In this document: piece after piece, positions 1 through 11,374 of the stretch | Numbering within the stretch: position 1 is the first letter of the stretch | Layout of the letters: every line of letters starts with the position of its first letter | DNA from: an uncultured Gemmatimonadales bacterium | GTDB lineage: Bacteria; Gemmatimonadota; Gemmatimonadetes; Longimicrobiales; RSA9 | NCBI GenBank assembly: GCA_963798085.1 | Contig: CAWCRS010000007.1 | Coordinates: forward strand, 1,696,001 to 1,760,000 | Direction of reading: 5' to 3' | DNA length: 64,000 bases | Notes under the pieces: model-generated | Seen by the model: only the letters and a program-made list of their open reading frames with translations | Told to the model about the DNA's origin: nothing | Databases searched by the model: none | Position numbers and translations under genes: made by a program

Positions 1-471
1 TTGGAAGCGGCGTAGTTCGCCTGGCCACGGTTCCCTGTGAGTCCGACGATACTCGTGATGTTGATGATGCGACCCGAGCGCCTGCGCATCATGCCGCGCG
101 CCGCGGCACGAATGAAATGGAACGCGCCCTTGAGATTCGTGTCGAGGACGCGATCCCAGGCCTCATCACTGAGCCGGACCAGCACGTTGTCTTCGGTAAC
201 GCCCGCGTTGTTCACGAGGATGTCGAGCGGGCCCAGCGTTCCTCGATCGGCCCGCAGCGTGGGATCCACGCTGCTGCCATCCACAACATCGCAGGCGAAG
301 CCGCCGTGCCCCTCTCCCGGCAGCGTTGCGGCTGAAGCTTCGGCCCGTCCCGGCATCGCGCGCAACCACGGCCACACGCGCGCCGGCCCGCGCCAGGGCC
401 TGCGCAATACCGTACCCTATGCCCCGGTTCCCGCCCGTCACGACCGCCATCCGTCCAGCCAGCTCGCTCAC
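1..471 (-). CDS. fabG: 3-oxoacyl-ACP reductase (3' end beyond window edge; frameshifted)
   Basis: N-terminus MSELAGRMAVVTGGNRGIG has the SDR TGxxxGIG motif; other frames give LVNNAGVT and IINITSIVGLTGNRGQANYAAS; it lies downstream of fabD. Confidence 0.93.
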
Positions 472-480
472 GCCACGTCC

Positions 481-1409
481 TCACGCCATGCTGAAGGCGC
501 GCAGATCCGCGTCTGTTCCCAGCGCCTTCGCCTCCGCATCGCGAGCGATGCGGCGCAACAGGCCGGTCAGCACATTGCCCGGGCCCAGCTCGAGAAACGA
601 GCGCACGCCCAGCTGCACGATGGCGCGCATGCTCTCATCCCAGCGCACGGGCGACGTCAACTGCTGGCGCAGCAATCGTCTCGCCTCGGCCGCGTCCGAC
701 CAGGCCCGCCGTGACGTTCGACACTACGGGAAACGCGGGATCAGAAGGGCACGGCCTCGAGCTGCCGGGAAAGGCCGGCTCGGCGACCAGCCATGAGCGG
801 GGAGTGGAATGCCCCGGACACGTTGAACGGCAACCCGGCGCGCGCCGGCCGCGGTGGCCAGCTCCATGGCCCGCTCGACGGCTTCGACGTCGCCACTGAT
901 CACGACCTGACCGGGCGAGTTGTAGTTCGCGGGAACGCAGGTCGCCGCCGGCTTGGGATGCGTCCCGGCAGACGCGCTCCAGTGCTTCATCGTCGAGACC
1001 CAGAACGGCCGCCATCGTGCCGGGCGGTCTTCCCCGCCGCGCAGCATCAGCTCACCGCGGCGCCGGACCGTGCGCACGCCGTCCGCGAAACGGAGATCGA
1101 GCCCGCGGCGACGTACGCGCTGAATTCGCCCAGTGAATGACCGGCCGCGGCGCAGGCACTACCGAGTTCCAGACTCGCCCGAGGCAGCGAAACACGGCGA
1201 TCGAGTGCGTGAGGATCGCGGGCTGCGCATTGTGCGTGAGTACCAGATCGGACTCGGGGCCCTCGAAACACAGTCGCGAAAGCGCGGAGCCCGAGAGCGT
1301 CGTCGGCTTCCTCGAACACGGCGCGCGCGACTCCGGCTGCAGGGCGCACCAGATCCCGGCCCATCCCCACGCACTGCGACCCCTGTCCGGGGAAGAGCAG
1401 TGCTACCAC
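481..1409 (-). CDS. fabD: Malonyl-CoA:ACP transacylase (several frameshifts)
   Basis: LFPGQGSQ, GHSLGE, ANYNSPGQVVISG, QLTSPVRW and FLELGPG motifs are spread over 4 ORF fragments; GTG start overlaps the fabH stop. Confidence 0.93.
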
Positions 1410-2404
1410 CGCAACACCGCTGACGCCCACGTGAAGCCCGCCCCGAACGCAACCAGCAGCAGGTTCTGCCCGGGCTTCAGCCGGCCACCTTCAACGGCCT
1501 CGTCCAGCGCCACGGGCAGCGTGGCCGAGCTCATGTTGCCGTACCGGTCCACATTGACGAAGACCTTTTCCATGGGAATGCCGGCGTACCTCGCCGTCGC
1601 CTCGATGATGCGCATGTTCGCCTGGTGCGGGATCAGGAGATCGATGTCTTCCGCCGGTGAGGCCGGCGCGTGCCAGCGCCTGATCCGCCGCCTCCGCCAT
1701 CGAGCGCACCGCGGCCTTGAACACTTCGCGCCCCGCCATCTTGACGGTGTGCTCCTTGGCGGCGAGCCTCGCCTGATCCAGCGGCAGGAGCACGCCGCCC
1801 GCCGGTCGTCCAGAGCAGTTCGGCCAGGTGTGCCGTCCGAGCGGAGGTAGCTCGAAAGCACGCCTCGGCCGTTCTGCTGCGGCGACCATGGCGGCGCCCG
1901 CCGCCGTCGCCGAACAGGACGCAGGTCTTGCGGTCTTCCCAGTCGACGATACTCGTCATTTTCTCGGTCGAAACGACGAGCGCGATCTCGCCATGGCCCG
2001 CCGCGACGTAGTCCCTCCGCGACGGTCAGTGCGTAGATGAAGCCGGAACAGGCGGCCGAGATGTCGAACGCCGCCGCGTGCGCTGCGCCCAGGCGGGCCT
2101 GGATGTCGCACGCCGTCGCCGGAAGCAGGCGGTCCGGTGTTGCCGTGGACACGACGATAACAGGTCGAGTCTCGCCCGCGCTCGACCCGCCCGTTCCATG
2201 GCGATGCGCGGCCGCGGACGCGCCCATCTCGGCGCAACTGAGATCGCAGGGCGCAATGCGGCGCTCGCGGATGCCCGGTGCGCTCGCGGATCCACTCGTC
2301 ACGACGTGTCCACCATGCGTTCGAGATCCGCGTTCGTCAGAACGCGGTCCGGCAGGATATCGACCCGTCGCCACGATCTCGACCGAGGGCGAAGGCGATT
2401 TCAT
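1403..2404 (-). CDS. fabH: Beta-ketoacyl-ACP synthase III (frameshifted)
   Basis: [14 protein letters not shown] (catalytic Cys), [29 protein letters not shown]. Confidence 0.95.
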   Translation of the reverse strand: MKSPSPSVEIVATGRYPAGPRSDERGSRTHGGHVVTSGSASAPGIRERRIAPCDLSCAEMGASAAAHRHGTGGSSAGETRPVIVVSTATPDRLLPATACDIQARLGAAHAAAFDISAACSGFIYALTVAEGLRRGGPWRDRARRFDRENDEYRRLGRPQDLRPVRRRRRAPPWSPQQNGRGVLSSYLRSDGTPGRTALDDRRAACSCRWIRRGSPPRSTPSRWRGAKCSRPRCARWRRRRIRRWHAPASPAEDIDLLIPHQANMRIIEATARYAGIPMEKVFVNVDRYGNMSSATLPVALDEAVEGGRLKPGQNLLLVAFGAGFTWASAVLRW

Positions 2405-2465
2405 GTACCCCCCAGTGATGCGGAGCGTCGTATTCGTCCGTGAAGGTTCACCGGTACGTCCGGCG

Positions 2466-3460
2466 TCAAACATTCGCCGTGTCGGCGCCGGCCGCGACGG
2501 CTCGCTCGATGTGTCCGAGCATGCGCGTCTCGACCGCCTGCCGCGCAACGCGTATCGCGTTCCGGATCGCGCGAGGGGGCGAGCCGCCGTGGCAGATGAT
2601 GGAAATTCCGTTCACTCCCAGCAGCGGCGCGCCGCCGTACTCCGTGTAGTCGAACGACTGGAAGATCTCATCGAGCCGCGTCTGCGTGACGGTGGGAGCC
2701 AGCCGCTCGCACATCAGGCCGTGGAAGTACGCGGTCACCGATTCGTAGAACTTGAGGAGTACGTTGCCGACGAACCCATCGGCGACCAGCACGTCACAGG
2801 TGCCGCGGATGATATCGCGGCCTTCCACGTTGCCCACGAAGTTGAGGCCACTCGTCGAGAGAAGCCGGTGGGCCTCCGCCGCGAGTTCATTGCCCTTCTC
2901 GGGTTCCTCTCCGATGTTGAGCAGACCGACTCGCGGTCGGGGCCGCTGCCACGCGTCCTCGACGTAGACTGAGCCGAGGCGGGCGAACTGCAATAGATGG
3001 AACGGTTTACAGTCAACGTTCGCGCCCGCGTCGATCAACAAACACGGCTGGACCGACGTGGGTAGCGCCGTTGCGACCGCCGGCCGATCCACGCCCTGCA
3101 ATCGACGCAGAACGAAGAGCGACGCCGCCATCACCGCACCCGTCGAGCCCGCACTGATGAAGGCGTCCGCGTGGCCGTCCCGTTGCAGCTCCAGTCCGAC
3201 GACGATCGAGGAGTCCGGCTTCCGCCTCACCGCGGAAACCGCTGACTTCGCCCGGCAGGATCGTCTGGGTCGCTTCCCGGATGTGAACGCGATCCCTGGA
3301 ATCTCGTGCCAGTGACCCAGTTCCACCTCGATTTTCGCCGCGGTCACCGACCAACATGATGGCGAAATCGTCAGGACAGTTCGCGCAACGCCTGGACCAC
3401 GCCCTCGACTTCCACGGCCGGATGACGGTCCGTGCCCATGGCGTCCAGAGCGATGCGCAC
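2466..3460 (-). CDS. plsX: Phosphate acyltransferase PlsX (frameshifted near the 5' end)
   Basis: VRIALDAMGTD start; SAGSTGA, VDRPA, DAGANVD, NIGEE, DGFVGNVLLK, YGGAPLLGV. Confidence 0.95.
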
Positions 3461-3471
3461 CTCGCGCTCCC

Positions 3472-3654
3472 TTACAGCTCCTCGACCTCGAGTACCTGCT
3501 CGCCCCGATACGTCCCACAATTCGGGCACACCCGGTGCGGAACCTTCGGATCTCCGCACTTCGGGCAGGGGTGTAACGTCGGCATCGCCGCTTTCATGGC
3601 ACTGCGCCGCTTGCGTTTCCGCTGCTTCGAGACTCGCTTCTTCGGTACGGCCAC
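3472..3654 (-). CDS. rpmF: 50S ribosomal protein L32 (zinc-ribbon form)
   Basis: MAVPKKRVSKQRKRKRR...CPKCG...HRVCPNCGTYRG; GGAGG RBS upstream of the GTG. Confidence 0.97.
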   Translation of the reverse strand: MAVPKKRVSKQRKRKRRSAMKAAMPTLHPCPKCGDPKVPHRVCPNCGTYRGEQVLEVEEL

Positions 3655-3670
3655 GGAGACCCTCCTCCGT

Positions 3671-4169
3671 TCATTCGCGATTTTTCGGAGCCCGCCCAGC
3701 GCGGATCCGGCCGCGACCCCGCAGCCGCACGGGCCATCGTTCAGGTCCGCGCCACAGCGGGGCACAGGCCCCGGCACGGTCTCCGGCGACCACGAAACAG
3801 CGGTACCGCCAGAATCACATGTTCCCGCACCCCGGTGCCAGATCGATCTGCCGTGCGCGCCGGAAACGTGTAGACTTCCTCCGCCTCCGCTTCGACGCGG
3901 TCCAGCCCCGGTCGGAAGAGGAAGAGGACTTCGTCTCGAGAGCGGAGTCGCACCTCGCACAGGCACCGCCTGCAGGCCCGACTGATACCCCGCGAAGCCG
4001 GCCCCGGATGACGACGTACCGCGCCGCCCGCTGCGACCTCGAGCAGGACCTCCAGCGGTGCGCCGAGCCGGATACCGGTATCCTTCCAGGAGCGGATCGC
4101 CCTGGCGCACCGCTGCTTCGATCCGAGTCGGCCCTTCCGCTGTACAAGGCCCGGATCGACTTTCAGCAT
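3671..4169 (-). CDS. yceD: DUF177/YceD family protein (frameshifted; ends approximate)
   Basis: CRRCL, CRGLCP/CGADLNDGPCGC and DPRW motifs across frames; canonical position upstream of rpmF. Confidence 0.85.
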
Positions 4170-4177
4170 AGTCGTCA

Positions 4178-4205
4178 AAGATGCCGGAACCCCGACCTCC
4201 GTCAA
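4178..4205 (-). promoter_or_regulatory. sigma70-like promoter of the yceD-rpmF-plsX-fab operon
   Basis: TTGACG-N16-CATCTT on minus; the -10 element ends 8 nt before the yceD ATG. Confidence 0.5.
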
Positions 4206-4258
4206 CGGACGCCGCGGCCAACTCGCAGCCGTCTTCAGAGGTATCGGCGACCCGGCGC

Positions 4259-4691
4259 TCACTCCGCTGCCGCCGTGCCCAGATGAATCCGCGCCAGCGA
4301 AGAAGAAGGCGATTTCGCGCTCGGCGGTTTCGGGCGCGTCCGAAGCATGAATTGCGTTGCGCTCCTTCGACTCGGCGAAGAGCGCCCGCACCGTACCTGC
4401 CTCCGCCTCGGCCGGATCGGTTGCGCCGATCGCGTGCCGGAGCTCGGCCACGGCGTCGTCGCGTTCCAGCACGAGCGGCAGGCACGGCCCTGAGGTCATG
4501 AAGCGCACGAGCGGCTCGAAGAAGGAGCGTTCCCGGTGCACCGCGTAGAACGCGCGCGCCTGGGCCGTGCTCAGACGCATCATGCGCGCGGCGCGCAGGC
4601 GGAAGCCTTTTTCCTCGAGATGGGCGAGGACGCGGCCCGCCAGGCCGCGCTGCACGGCATCCGGTTTGACGATCGCGAGCGTCAGGGACAT
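4259..4691 (-). CDS. ndk: Nucleoside diphosphate kinase (stop approximate because of a 3' frameshift)
   Basis: TLAIVKPDAVQRGL, FMTSGP, IGATDP, RNAIHASD (phospho-His). Confidence 0.96.
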
Positions 4692-4695
4692 GCGG

Positions 4696-5562
4696 TCATC
4701 TTCCGTAGAGTCGGCGCAGGATGTCGCCGCGGCGCACGAGTCCCACGAGCTTGCCTTCGGCGACAACGGGGATCTCACCCACGTCCTTGTTGATCATCAG
4801 GTTGGCCACCTCTTCGAGCGAGGCGGTGTCTGCCAGGCACAGCACGGAGCGCGTCATCAGATCGCGTACCTTGAGCGGCGCCACCAGGTCGCCGCTGTTG
4901 CTGCGCGAGCGGCGGAGCACCACGCCCTGCAGCACATCCGCTTCGTTCACGATGCCCATCACCTCGCCCTTGTCGCCCACCACGGCGAGGGCGCGCGCGC
5001 CCGAGCGCAGCATGCGTTCGACCGCGTCGCGCACCGGCGTATCGGGCGTGGCTGCGTCGTCCGTCGTGATCATCACATTGCGGGCCGTCAGCACCGGCGC
5101 GATTTCCAGGCTGGCCAGTGCGGGAATCGCGAACAGGTCTGTTACCGATGCCGCCTGCTTCAGCTGCTCGACCACTTCGGATTGACGGAAGGCGCGCGCC
5201 AGCGCGGAAACCGCCTGCAGATAGAGTGTCGCCGCATCGGTCGGAGCGAGCACGAGTGTCACGATGCGCGGGCCGGGCAGCCATTCCGCATCAGCCGTGC
5301 GCAGTGGCTGCGGCGCCACGCCAATGGCCACCACCACGCCGTCCACCGCGTCCGTGCGATAGTGCGGCAGTGCAATGTCGGGGCCCGCGCGCACGGCGCT
5401 CTTGCCCCGCTGTTCGCTGAAGGCGCGCTCGATGGCGGCCGGATCACGCAAGGCGCCCGACTCGCCCAGCCGTTGCGCCAGGATGAACAGACCTTCCGTC
5501 AACGACTCGGCGAGCAACGGCACCACCGCGTGTTCACGCCGCAGCAGCCGCGTATCAGGCAT
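4696..5562 (-). CDS. PTS EIIA(Ntr/Fru)-like domain fused to a tandem CBS pair
   Basis: N-terminal part has DIALPH...VVVAIGV...LVLAP (EIIA-2-like); C-terminal part has two CBS repeats (ARNVM...[20 protein letters not shown]...[13 protein letters not shown]). Confidence 0.8.
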   Translation of the reverse strand: MPDTRLLRREHAVVPLLAESLTEGLFILAQRLGESGALRDPAAIERAFSEQRGKSAVRAGPDIALPHYRTDAVDGVVVAIGVAPQPLRTADAEWLPGPRIVTLVLAPTDAATLYLQAVSALARAFRQSEVVEQLKQAASVTDLFAIPALASLEIAPVLTARNVMITTDDAATPDTPVRDAVERMLRSGARALAVVGDKGEVMGIVNEADVLQGVVLRRSRSNSGDLVAPLKVRDLMTRSVLCLADTASLEEVANLMINKDVGEIPVVAEGKLVGLVRRGDILRRLYGR

Positions 5563-5576
5563 GCGCCGGCCGTCCC

Positions 5577-6462
5577 TCAGGCAAGCAGGTTCTGCACCAG
5601 TCCGACGACGTCGGACGGCTTGCGAGCCACGGCAATACCATTGCGCTCGAAGGCTTGCATCTTTTCCGCTGCAGTACCGGCGGAACCGCTGATGATCGCG
5701 CCCGCATGGCCCATGCGTCGTCCGGGTGGCGCGGTCTGGCCCGCAATGAAGCCGATCACCGGCTTGGTCATGTTCGCGGCGACGAATTCCGCGGCATCCT
5801 GTTCGTCGGTGCCGCCGATCTCGCCGATCATGACCACGGCCTTCGTCTCCGGGTCCTGCTCGAATGCAGACAGGCAATCGATGAACGAGGTACCGTTGAT
5901 CGGGTCGCCGCCAATGCCCACGCAGGTGCTCTGGCCGAGGCCTGCGCGGGTCAGCTGGTAGACGACCTCGTAGGTGAGTGTGCCCGAGCGCGAGACCAGA
6001 CCGACCGGCCCGGGTGTCGCGATCTGGCCCGGCAGGATTCCCACCTTGGAGCGCGCCGGCGAAAGCAGTCCCGGACAGTTGGGACCGAGCAGACGAACGC
6101 CGCAGTCCTTCACGTAGGCAAAGGTGCGCGTCATGTCCAGCACCGGAATGCCCTCGGTGATGGCGACAATCAGCTGCACGCGCGCGGCGGCGGCCTCCAT
6201 GATGGCGTCGGCGGCGAAGGCGGGCGGCACGTAGATGACCGACGTGTTGGCACCGGTTTCGCGCACCGCGTGTTCCACGGTGTCGAAGATCGGGAACCAG
6301 CCCGCCGTTCGGTCCTTCGAAGGACTGCCCGCCCTTACCCGGTGTTATACCGGCGACCACACGCGTGCCGTAGTCGATCATCTGTCGCGAGTGGAACGAG
6401 CCATCACGCCCTGTGATGCCCTGTACGATCAGTGTGGTGGTTTCGTCGATGAAGATCGCCAT
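5577..6462 (-). CDS. sucD: Succinyl-CoA synthetase alpha subunit (frameshift ~6295)
   Basis: [34 protein letters not shown] (phospho-His). Confidence 0.97.
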
Positions 6463-6468
6463 GTTGCC

Positions 6469-7611
<1,143 letters not shown>

Positions 7612-7637
7612 CGTCTCGTTCCGTTTTCCCGCGACCG

Positions 7638-8630
7638 TCAGGGCACGATGGTCGTGCCCGTGCGATCTTCCACCGCGTCCAGTCCGTGGTCCAGCCGCGC
7701 GATGCTGGCGCGCTCGCCGCCGCCGCGCACGAACGCGATCGCGGCTTCGACCTTCGGCTGCATGCTGCCGCTGCCGAACACGCCCTGCTCGAGCAGGGCG
7801 GCCGCCTCAGCGACGTGCAGGCGCCGCAGCAGCCGTGCGCGCGGCGTGCCCCAGTCGGCGAAGGCGCCCTCCACGTTCGTCAGAATGAGCAGTGTGGTGG
7901 CGCGCAGGCTCCTGGCCAGCACCTCGGCCGCGCGATCCTTGTCGATCACGGCATCCACACCTTCCAGACCGAGCCGCGCATCACGGTAGACGGGTGTGCC
8001 GCCGCCGCCACCCGCGATCACGATGGCGCCCGAGCGGAACAGATGCTCGATCTCCTCGCGCTCGACGAATTCCAGCGGCTGCGGTGATGGCACCATGCGG
8101 CGCCACGCGCCGTCCACCTTTGCAATCGTCCAGCCGCGTTCGCTCGCCACGCGCTCGGCCGCGTCGTCCGGCAGCACGTTGCCGATGGGCTTGGTCGCCC
8201 GTCGTGTCGCGGGATCATCCGGGTCCACGATCACCTGCGTCACCAGCGTGACAACGGAGCGTGCGACACCACGGCGCGCCAGTGCGTTCTGCAGCGACTG
8301 CTGGATCATGTAGCCGATCCAGCCCGCCGTGGCTGCAACCAGCACACCCAGCGGCAACGGTGGCCGTTCCGCGCGCGCCAGCTCGTTGCGCAGCAGTTCG
8401 TCGCCGATCTGCGGCCCATTGCCGTGCACGATGGCAATTTTCCAGCCGGCCTCGGCCAGCGCGACCACCGCCCCGAGGCTTTCTCGTGTGTGCGCGAACT
8501 GTTGGTGAATGTCGCCGCGCTCACCGGCGGGCTGCAGCGCGTTCCCGCCCAGGGCGACCACGATGGTCCTTGCGTCCGGCGCCGGTGTTCCGGGCCGCGG
8601 AATCATACCGGCGGCCTGCGGGTGCGGCAA
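7638..8630 (-). CDS. arcC: Carbamate kinase (start may be the ATG at 8606)
   Basis: VVALGGNAL, HGNGPQIG, TKPIG, WRRMVPSPQP, GGGGTPV, AVIDKD, GSMQPKVEAA. Confidence 0.93.
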   Translation of the reverse strand: MPHPQAAGMIPRPGTPAPDARTIVVALGGNALQPAGERGDIHQQFAHTRESLGAVVALAEAGWKIAIVHGNGPQIGDELLRNELARAERPPLPLGVLVAATAGWIGYMIQQSLQNALARRGVARSVVTLVTQVIVDPDDPATRRATKPIGNVLPDDAAERVASERGWTIAKVDGAWRRMVPSPQPLEFVEREEIEHLFRSGAIVIAGGGGGTPVYRDARLGLEGVDAVIDKDRAAEVLARSLRATTLLILTNVEGAFADWGTPRARLLRRLHVAEAAALLEQGVFGSGSMQPKVEAAIAFVRGGGERASIARLDHGLDAVEDRTGTTIVP

Positions 8631-8640
8631 GCGCGCGCGC

Positions 8641-11373
8641 TCATTTCCGCGCGTTGCCCGCAGCGCGTCGCAGCAGGTCCTGCAGCTCTTTCCAGCGGCG
8701 CCCGAATTCGTCCCACGAAAGCGCGCGCAGCGCGCGTTCCGCCTGCTGCATCAGATCGAGCGCCTGACGTGGCCAATCCAGCGTTCCCGCCGCGGGCGGC
8801 GTGTTGGCGACGGGGTTTCCGGATTCGTTCGCGCCCCGGATCGCCGCCACGGCCGCGTCCATGTTCTCCGCCATGGCGACCGTGGTGCCATCGCTGATCA
8901 CGACGCGCTGCAGCTGTGGTATCGAGCTATTGGAGCCGGACAGGTAGAGTGGCTCCACGTACAGCACGCTGCCATCCAGCGGCACCACGCGCAGCCGGCC
9001 GATCTCCACGTCGCTGCCGCCCTGTCGCCAGAGCGTGAGCTGCGCCGAGATCACCGGATCCTGCTCGATCAGTGTGCGCACCTGCTGCGGTCCCGAAACC
9101 TGCTGGTCGAGCGGCAACTCGAGCAGCAGCTTGCGACCGTAGTGCGGCGCGTCGTTCTGCACGAGCAGTATGGCCGTCATGTTCTGCCGGTCGCGCGCAA
9201 TGAACGGCAGCGCCAGCAGGAATTCCGGCCGCGTGCCGCCCGGCATGGGCGCGAGCAGATAGATGGGCGGGTAGTCGCGACCCAGTCCCGAGCCGGCACC
9301 TTCCTGCGGCACCTGCCACTCGCGCTGACCGGCAAAGAAAACGGAGGCACTGTCGACGTGGAATTTCTCCAGCACCTGGGCCTGCACCTGCAGCAGGCGC
9401 TGCGGATAGCGCAGGTGCCGCTGCAGCATGAGCGGCATGTCCTGGAGCGGGTGGAACAGTCCCGGGAACGCGCGCGCGTACGCCGCCAGGATCGGCTCCT
9501 GCGGATCAATGGCGTACAGCCGCGTCTCGCCCGTGATGGCGTCCACGGTGGCTTTTACGCTGTTGCGCAGGTAGCTGACGGTGCCCATGTCGCCAACGGT
9601 GCGGCCGGCCGAGAGCGGAAATGTCCGCGAGTAGGTGTACCCGTCCACGAGCCACACGATGTGCCCGTCGAGGATCACCGGTAACGGGCGAGGATCCCAG
9701 CCCAGGAACGGCGCCAGCGTGGCCACGCGTTCCTGCACGGAGCGACGGAACAGCAGCCGGCTCGTGGGCGTCAGCTCGCTCGAAAACAGCAGGTTACGGT
9801 CGCCGAAGCGCCAGGCGTACGCGAACACGCGCAGGAACGTGCCCAGCGGAACGCCCGCGCGCGCCGCCTGCGCGCCGCTGCCGCTCGAATCGCGGGGCGC
9901 GTTGACGATGAGGTATTCCTGGTCGCTCTCGCCGAAGAAGATGTTCGGGTGGTTCAGGACCAGATCGCCGGGCGCGCCCGCTTCGCGGCGGATGCTGGCG
10001 GCGGCCGCCGTGTCGCCGGCGGCTGTCACACTGCGCAGCCAGAACACCGGGTTACCGTCCTCCGTCTTTTCGGAAACCGGCGCTACCACCGCACCATTGC
10101 CGCGCACCTGATCCGCATTGAGATGCAGCGTTCTCCAGGTCGCGGCCGGCAGACCCTGGCGCGCGAATTCGCGCACCGCGATGGCCACCTGTGTCTCCGC
10201 ATTGGGGGGACCGTAGCGATCGAAGTGCACGCTCTCGAAATGGTAGTACGCGACCAGAGACTGCACCTGATTGAAGTAGGCCTGCAGCGGTGTCGCATCC
10301 CAGAGTGGCAGCCGATCCAGTGTGGCGCTGAGTTCACGCAGCTGACTCGTCGGCTGCGGGTGCACGGTGAGCGGCGCCCGCTCGAGGTCTTCCAGACCGA
10401 ATCCTCGTCGGGTGAACTCGAGACTCATGCGGATGTACGGTTCTTCGCGCGCCAGCTCGTTGGGCACGACGCGCAGCTTCTGCACGAAGGACGGGTAGGC
10501 AATGCCGAGTCCCAGACCCGCGAGCAGCAGTATGCCCACCGAGACCAGCGTGGGCAGCCAGTTGCGCACTACCACCGAGTAGACGATGGCCGCCGCAGTG
10601 AGCACGCTCACGAGTGTGAGCACCTGATACGCGGGCAGCCGTGCGTTGACGTCGGTGTAGCCCACGACGCCGCCAAAGCCGCCGCCGTGCAGCACTACCG
10701 CGTAGCGGCCCATCCAGTAGCGTGCCGCGATGAGCAGCACGAGTCCCGCGACCAGGATCGCGAAATGGACCTTGGGATAGTTCTCGACTTCGACGTGTCC
10801 ACCGCGCAGTCGGACAGCGCCCACCAGCACGTAGCCCACCAGGGCCAGCACGGCGCTCCACACGGTGACGAGCAGCAGGAAGTCGAGGAAGCGATCGAGC
10901 AGCGGCAGCGAGAAGACGTAGAAGCCCAGGTCGCGGTGCAGCAGCGGGTCGCGGATGCCCCAGCTCGTGCGCTGGATCCAGGCCAGCACGCCGGGCGCCT
11001 CGTCCGAGGGGATGCTGAGGCCCGACAGCCACCACCCGGCCAGCAGTGCGGCCAGCACGATGCCGGCCGTGACATAGCCGTGGGGTATCTGCTCCGCGAT
11101 TTCCAGATTGCCGTAGCGCCGCCGCAGCTGCACGGGCCCGAGATGCCGCACCACACGCAGCAGGTTGGCCAGCACAATGGCGGCGCCCAGCGCACCCGTG
11201 ACAACGCGCACCGCCGCCATGGCTGCCAGCTGCCGCCACATAACAGACTGATAGCCGAGCTGCTGGAACCACAGCAGCTCGGTGTACAGGTCGACGCCCA
11301 GGCGGCCCAGTATCAGCAGCACGATCAGCAGCACCCCGCCGATCAGAGCCAGCCTGGCCGGGCGCCGCATCAT
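8641..11373 (-). CDS. UPF0182 family integral membrane protein
   Basis: 910 aa with N-terminal TM helices; LWFQQLGY, DPLLHRDLGFYVFSLP, GYTDVNARLP, VVPNELARE, YLRNSVKATVDA, LYVEPLY. Confidence 0.88.
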   Translation of the reverse strand: MMRRPARLALIGGVLLIVLLILGRLGVDLYTELLWFQQLGYQSVMWRQLAAMAAVRVVTGALGAAIVLANLLRVVRHLGPVQLRRRYGNLEIAEQIPHGYVTAGIVLAALLAGWWLSGLSIPSDEAPGVLAWIQRTSWGIRDPLLHRDLGFYVFSLPLLDRFLDFLLLVTVWSAVLALVGYVLVGAVRLRGGHVEVENYPKVHFAILVAGLVLLIAARYWMGRYAVVLHGGGFGGVVGYTDVNARLPAYQVLTLVSVLTAAAIVYSVVVRNWLPTLVSVGILLLAGLGLGIAYPSFVQKLRVVPNELAREEPYIRMSLEFTRRGFGLEDLERAPLTVHPQPTSQLRELSATLDRLPLWDATPLQAYFNQVQSLVAYYHFESVHFDRYGPPNAETQVAIAVREFARQGLPAATWRTLHLNADQVRGNGAVVAPVSEKTEDGNPVFWLRSVTAAGDTAAAASIRREAGAPGDLVLNHPNIFFGESDQEYLIVNAPRDSSGSGAQAARAGVPLGTFLRVFAYAWRFGDRNLLFSSELTPTSRLLFRRSVQERVATLAPFLGWDPRPLPVILDGHIVWLVDGYTYSRTFPLSAGRTVGDMGTVSYLRNSVKATVDAITGETRLYAIDPQEPILAAYARAFPGLFHPLQDMPLMLQRHLRYPQRLLQVQAQVLEKFHVDSASVFFAGQREWQVPQEGAGSGLGRDYPPIYLLAPMPGGTRPEFLLALPFIARDRQNMTAILLVQNDAPHYGRKLLLELPLDQQVSGPQQVRTLIEQDPVISAQLTLWRQGGSDVEIGRLRVVPLDGSVLYVEPLYLSGSNSSIPQLQRVVISDGTTVAMAENMDAAVAAIRGANESGNPVANTPPAAGTLDWPRQALDLMQQAERALRALSWDEFGRRWKELQDLLRRAAGNARK

Positions 11374-11374
11374 C

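Noticed and set aside
3472..6462. Apparent Ndk-YceD, YceD-L32 and SucD-EIIA-CBS fusions
   Set aside because: Frameshift read-through; each component has its own start and normal length
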